Part shown: positions 60,009 through 64,000 of the stretch, piece after piece
Layout: each line of letters starts with the position of its first letter
Position numbering within the stretch: position 1 is the stretch's first letter
Source: Vairimorpha necatrix
Lineage: Eukaryota
Assembly (NCBI GenBank): GCA_036630325.1
Contig: CP142732.1
Coordinates: forward strand, 992,001 to 1,056,000
DNA length: 64,000 nucleotides
Direction: 5' to 3'
Notes under the pieces: model-generated
Told to the model about the DNA's origin: nothing
Databases searched by the model: none
The model's input: the letters and a program-made list of their open reading frames with translations, nothing else
Program-made: the position numbers and the translations under genes

Positions 60009-61217
60009 TTATTTTTTATATTTTTTTGGGTGGTCTTCTTTCTTTCCTTCCTTTTCAAATTTGATTTCTTCTTTTACTTTCAATAAATGTTTTTCTAAAA
60101 TATCTTCATATTGTTTAAATTGTTCATCGTACGGCAATAACCCCAATTTTCTATTTAAATGTTTTTCAAGTATTTGAAATTGTGGTACGTCATATTGTGT
60201 AACTAAAGTGACAGACATGCCGTTTTTGCCGGCTCGCGCTGTTCTTCCCACTCTGTGGACATAATCTTTATTATTTTGTGGTAAATCGAAATTTATTACA
60301 ACGTCAACATCGCAAACATCTAAGCCTCTACTTCCGACATCTGTAATAATTAGGACATTATATTTATTTTTTATATACCCGTCTATTATTTCATTACGCT
60401 TTTGTTGTTCTTGGTCGCCATTAAGTGCCTCGTTGTCAATATTCATCATTTTCATTAACTTTGATATGAGCGTAGTTGTAGATTTCATATTTACAAAAAT
60501 AATAATTTTTAAATCTTTTTTAGTAGCAAGAAATGAATATAAAAAACACTCTTTGTATTTTCTAGGAACAAAAAAATACGATTCTTCTAATTTTTCGACT
60601 TTTTCTTCAATAGCAAAATTTATTTCTTTAAAATTTTTACAAATTTCTAGAGATTTTCGCTGTAAATTTTCAGTTATAGTAGCCGTAAAAAGCAATATTT
60701 GTCTTTTTTTTCTTAAATTACTAAAAATATGTTCCGTCTCAGTTACAAAATCTTCTTCAAAAAATTTATCTGCTTCGTCCAAAACAAGAACTCTAAATCT
60801 GTTCAGATGCAAATTTTGACCTATTTTAAATATTCGACCCGGTGTTCCGATAACAATATGAGGATGAGATTTCAGTCTAGAAATCTGATCTTCGATTTTT
60901 TCTCCACCAATTAAAACTTCACTTCGAACATTTAAAGAATTAAAAATTTTGACTGTTTTATCAATTTGCATTGCGAGTTCCCGTGTTGGCGTGACTATCA
61001 AACAGTAAAAAGTTTTATTAGCTTGTAGAAGATTATGAATAATTGGTACAAGAAAAGCAAGAGTTTTACCAGTTCCAGTTTGAGATATTCCTAACATATC
61101 ATGGCCATTTATAATCAAAGGTATAGATTTCGCTTGTATAGGAGTCATAAAACACATATTTTTATCTTTTAAAATTTTTACGATTTGTCTGTCGATTTTT
61201 TTGTCTTCAAAATTCAT
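60009..61217 (-). CDS. DEAD-box RNA helicase (Rrp3/DDX47-like)
   Basis: TPIQ, SQTGTGKT, PTRELA, GTPGR, DEAD, HRVGRTARAG, LVTQYDV. Real ATG at 61217 (CCCGTTTTATG). Confidence 0.9.
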   Translation of the reverse strand: MNFEDKKIDRQIVKILKDKNMCFMTPIQAKSIPLIINGHDMLGISQTGTGKTLAFLVPIIHNLLQANKTFYCLIVTPTRELAMQIDKTVKIFNSLNVRSEVLIGGEKIEDQISRLKSHPHIVIGTPGRIFKIGQNLHLNRFRVLVLDEADKFFEEDFVTETEHIFSNLRKKRQILLFTATITENLQRKSLEICKNFKEINFAIEEKVEKLEESYFFVPRKYKECFLYSFLATKKDLKIIIFVNMKSTTTLISKLMKMMNIDNEALNGDQEQQKRNEIIDGYIKNKYNVLIITDVGSRGLDVCDVDVVINFDLPQNNKDYVHRVGRTARAGKNGMSVTLVTQYDVPQFQILEKHLNRKLGLLPYDEQFKQYEDILEKHLLKVKEEIKFEKEGKKEDHPKKYKK

Positions 61218-61251
61218 AAAACGGGTCAAAAAAAATTTATTTTTATTTTTT

Positions 61252-61668
61252 TTATAAAACATCTCCTTCTTCGTGTGCACTGGCTTCTGAATCTTCATCA
61301 TCTTCACCAGTAATTTTATAGTCTCCATCTTCAGAGCTTCTTCCGTCTTCCTCTTCTTCTTCCGAGTCCCATTCCAGATCAGAAATATTTTCTTTATCAA
61401 TTTCTTCTACGTCTAATTTCTCGTTAAACTGGAAGTATTCGCAGATTTCAGGAGGCATCAATTCAGAATACAAATAGTTTTTTACTGTTTCTTTATTGAC
61501 AAGTACTGATTCGTTATATTTATCAGAAAATCGTTCTATATCTTTTTCCACTGGTAAATTTATAGAATATTTCCTTAAATAAGTTTTGATTTTCCGTTCT
61601 GTGTCTACAATATTTCCATTTGGTTCTGGAAATTCGTAAGACAATTCAGAAGATTTTGACTTTTCCAT
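61252..61668 (-). CDS. RNA polymerase III subunit C31/RPC7-like
   Basis: DIERFSDKY and MPPEI resemble the C31 IERYSDKY/FPxEL motifs. Acidic C-terminal tail. Confidence 0.65.
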   Translation of the reverse strand: MEKSKSSELSYEFPEPNGNIVDTERKIKTYLRKYSINLPVEKDIERFSDKYNESVLVNKETVKNYLYSELMPPEICEYFQFNEKLDVEEIDKENISDLEWDSEEEEEDGRSSEDGDYKITGEDDEDSEASAHEEGDVL

Positions 61669-61694
61669 TAAAAGGCTTAAAAAATTTTAACATT

Positions 61695-62306
61695 TTATTT
61701 TTTTTGATCTGCTAGAGATTGTCTTATAGCTTCTGCTAATTCTGGATCTTCTTCCTCTTCGTTCTCGTTTATTAAGCCGTAGATATTATTGTAATCGTCT
61801 TGAGGCGACACTCTGACAACTTTAAAATTAAAACAGTCAATTTCATTACTCATAGATTCAAAATAGCACAGTCCTTCTCCGAAACACACCACAGTCACAT
61901 TTATTCCACAAGTTAAGAGTTCGAAAATCTTTCCATACATTTGATCTTCTTTAGATTGTTCAATTTTGGTACCAATAAAAAAAATTAAATTTTTATTATT
62001 AATTTCTCTTTGTTTAAAAGCGTTGATGCTTTGGCTTAAAGGCCTGACATAGTCGGGATTTTTATACAAACCACATTTGTTTAAAAATGTGTACAAATAG
62101 TCTCTTTGTTTTGTCGGCGTAATCAAGTCATTATATTGCTCTTGACAAACAGGAATAATCCCGACCATGGATTCAGAGTCCAAATCAAATTTTTTATTTA
62201 TCAAAGATTGAATAAATTCCTTTTGTAAAATGCTTCTACTAGGCAGATAGTCTTGATTCTGAGAAGACAACCCGTTGTCGTAAATTACAATTGTAATGCT
62301 AGGCAT
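61695..62306 (-). CDS. RPN10: 26S proteasome regulatory subunit Rpn10
   Basis: vWA N-terminus YDNGLSSQNQDYLPSR plus C-terminal UIM DPELAEAIRQSL. Confidence 0.85.
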   Translation of the reverse strand: MPSITIVIYDNGLSSQNQDYLPSRSILQKEFIQSLINKKFDLDSESMVGIIPVCQEQYNDLITPTKQRDYLYTFLNKCGLYKNPDYVRPLSQSINAFKQREINNKNLIFFIGTKIEQSKEDQMYGKIFELLTCGINVTVVCFGEGLCYFESMSNEIDCFNFKVVRVSPQDDYNNIYGLINENEEEEDPELAEAIRQSLADQKK

Positions 62307-62348
62307 TTTGGGGTAAACAAAAAGTAAAAAAATAAGTTAAGAATTTAT

Positions 62349-62771
62349 TTATCGACTTGGTTTTTCTTTCTTTCCTTTAAAAAGTGCCAATAAAGAAACA
62401 TTCTGGACTTTTACTACTTTATAAGATATTCCTGGAATATCTCCACAAGAATGTCCTTTCTTACCAAATCCTTCTACCACAACTTCGTCATTAAGTTCAA
62501 TGTAATTCAGAGACCCGTCATGTGGCACAAAAGCAGAAATTTTCTTGCCAGTTTTGATCAACTGAATCTTGACGATTTTTCTTACAGCCGAATTTGGCTG
62601 TTTAGCTTCTACACCAGTTTTTTCTAGTACAATACCCTTGGCTTGTGGTCCATTACCAATCTTAGAGTGCTTGTATTTTGTACCAAGAATCTTCTTCCTG
62701 TAATACGGGTCCGATCTTCTTTTTACTTTGCGCGATTTTATTAAATCATTTGCTGCAAATAAGCCGTTCAT
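62349..62771 (-). CDS. RPS23: 40S ribosomal protein S23 (uS12)
   Basis: [33 protein letters not shown] 62771 after CCCCC. Confidence 0.96.
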
Positions 62772-62817
62772 TGGGGGCAAAAAAAATCGAAATAAAAATT
62801 GCATGAATTTTTAGACC

Positions 62818-63069
62818 ATGTCAAGAAAAGAACTAGAAGGATGTATGAAAGACATACAGAAATATATAGAGGATACACGGACACCAAAAGAGAGAAATAA
62901 CTTATTAAAGAGGAAAATTGTACATCTTGGAGCGACTGTTAAGAAGACGACTTTGAATTTTAAACATATAAAAATGTTGAAAGAACACAAAAAAATAAAA
63001 AAAGAAAATAATCAAGAAAAATTAAGAGCAGCAGGAGTTTTTAAGAAACATAAAAAGCGAAGAAATTAA
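62818..63069 (+). CDS. Small basic hypothetical protein
   Basis: 83-aa Lys/Arg-rich ORF, head-to-head with RPS23 (46 bp between start codons). Confidence 0.6.
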   Translation: MSRKELEGCMKDIQKYIEDTRTPKERNNLLKRKIVHLGATVKKTTLNFKHIKMLKEHKKIKKENNQEKLRAAGVFKKHKKRRN

Positions 63070-63208
63070 ATTTACTTGTTTTTTTACATTTGTTTTATTT
63101 ATAGAATTAATTTCCTTAAATAATAAATATCGCTTCTTTTAAATGTTGATTACGCTTTTTTTAAATAACAAATTTGCTTAATTTGAATAGCTAATAAACT
63201 TGCCCCTT

Positions 63209-64000
63209 ATGGAAATACGTGAACATTACAATAATCTTAAGAGGAAATCTCATGTAAGACACGACTCTGAGACTGCTAATATTCGTTATATTAATAATTT
63301 CATTAAAGCAATTTTAATTCGTTATTATGTCCGTCCCAAAATGTCAATTTTAGATTTGGGCTGCGGCCGAGGCGGAGACTTAAAAAAATTTTCAGCTTCA
63401 AATATTTCTGAATATTACGGCCTCGATATTTCCGAAGCATCTGTTTATGACGCAAGATTGCGACACAATTGTGGATCTAGTGATTTCAGATGTTATTTTG
63501 ATTCTCTAGATGTTTACAATACTGTTTTTAATTTAAAAAAAGAATTTGATACAATTTCTTGTCAGTTTAGCCTGCACTACGCCTTTTCCTCAGTAAAATC
63601 TTGCGAGATTACAGTCGGAAATATCAATAGACATTTGAAAATAGGTGGTTATTTCATTTTTACTGTTCCTAACAAAGAAGAAATTTTGCGTAGGTATAAA
63701 GAAGATAAATTGAATAATAAATTTTTTAGAATTCGGTATAGTGGAGAAGGAAATGAATATTATTTTACATTGACTGATTGTATAGATGATTGTATTGAAT
63801 ATTTCGTAGATATGAAGTTGTTGATAAGTTTATTTGATTTTTTTAATATTAGACTTGTAAGAAGAGAATTATTTGATGAGTTTTATTCATCGGCTTATAA
63901 ATTTAATAGAGAAATGGCAGTTAGAATGAAATGTGGAGATCTAAGTAAAGAAGATTTGGAGGTTATAAGTCTTTATGAGGTATGTGTATTTAAGAAATTC
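63209..64000 (+). CDS. ABD1: mRNA cap guanine-N7 methyltransferase, runs off window end
   Basis: Not in the track. ATG 63209 after CCCC: MEIREHYN...IRYINNFIKAILI...LDLGCGRGGDLKK...SCQFSLHYAF. Confidence 0.93.
   Translation, partial: MEIREHYNNLKRKSHVRHDSETANIRYINNFIKAILIRYYVRPKMSILDLGCGRGGDLKKFSASNISEYYGLDISEASVYDARLRHNCGSSDFRCYFDSLDVYNTVFNLKKEFDTISCQFSLHYAFSSVKSCEITVGNINRHLKIGGYFIFTVPNKEEILRRYKEDKLNNKFFRIRYSGEGNEYYFTLTDCIDDCIEYFVDMKLLISLFDFFNIRLVRRELFDEFYSSAYKFNREMAVRMKCGDLSKEDLEVISLYEVCVFKKF

Noticed and set aside
61218-61400. N-terminal extension of the DEAD-box helicase overlapping the C31 gene
   Set aside because: Alternative frame of the C31 acidic tail; the CCC-marked ATG is at 61217.

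Overview
AT-rich (eukaryotic, intron-poor) microsporidian DNA, most like Nosematidae (Nosema/Vairimorpha). This is inferred from two NTT ATP/ADP transporters, MetAP2, MscS, highly reduced housekeeping proteins and a CCC motif just upstream of most ATGs. The left ~43.7 kb is gene-sparse and rich in mobile DNA: a complete but disabled Ty3/Gypsy LTR retrotransposon (123/124-bp LTRs, CTTTA target-site duplication), four fragments of a restriction-like-endonuclease non-LTR retrotransposon, Merlin/IS1595-like remnants and a long-TIR foldback MITE. It also holds local gene duplications (3 SDRs, 2 membrane proteins, 2 NTTs). The right ~20 kb is a very compact housekeeping block, interrupted by one AT-rich island carrying a stand-alone cold-shock-domain gene. 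The most interesting observations are that possibly horizontally acquired cold-shock gene, a PKA-like pseudokinase, the nested foldback MITE next to the RAD50 start, a candidate structured ncRNA beside tRNA-Pro, a tRNA-like relic inside a retroelement remnant, and the unusual LTR/PBS architecture. Many starts in the ORF track (TTG/GTG or too far upstream) were corrected to the ATG following the CCC motif. All protein calls are from motif recognition only; no searches were run.
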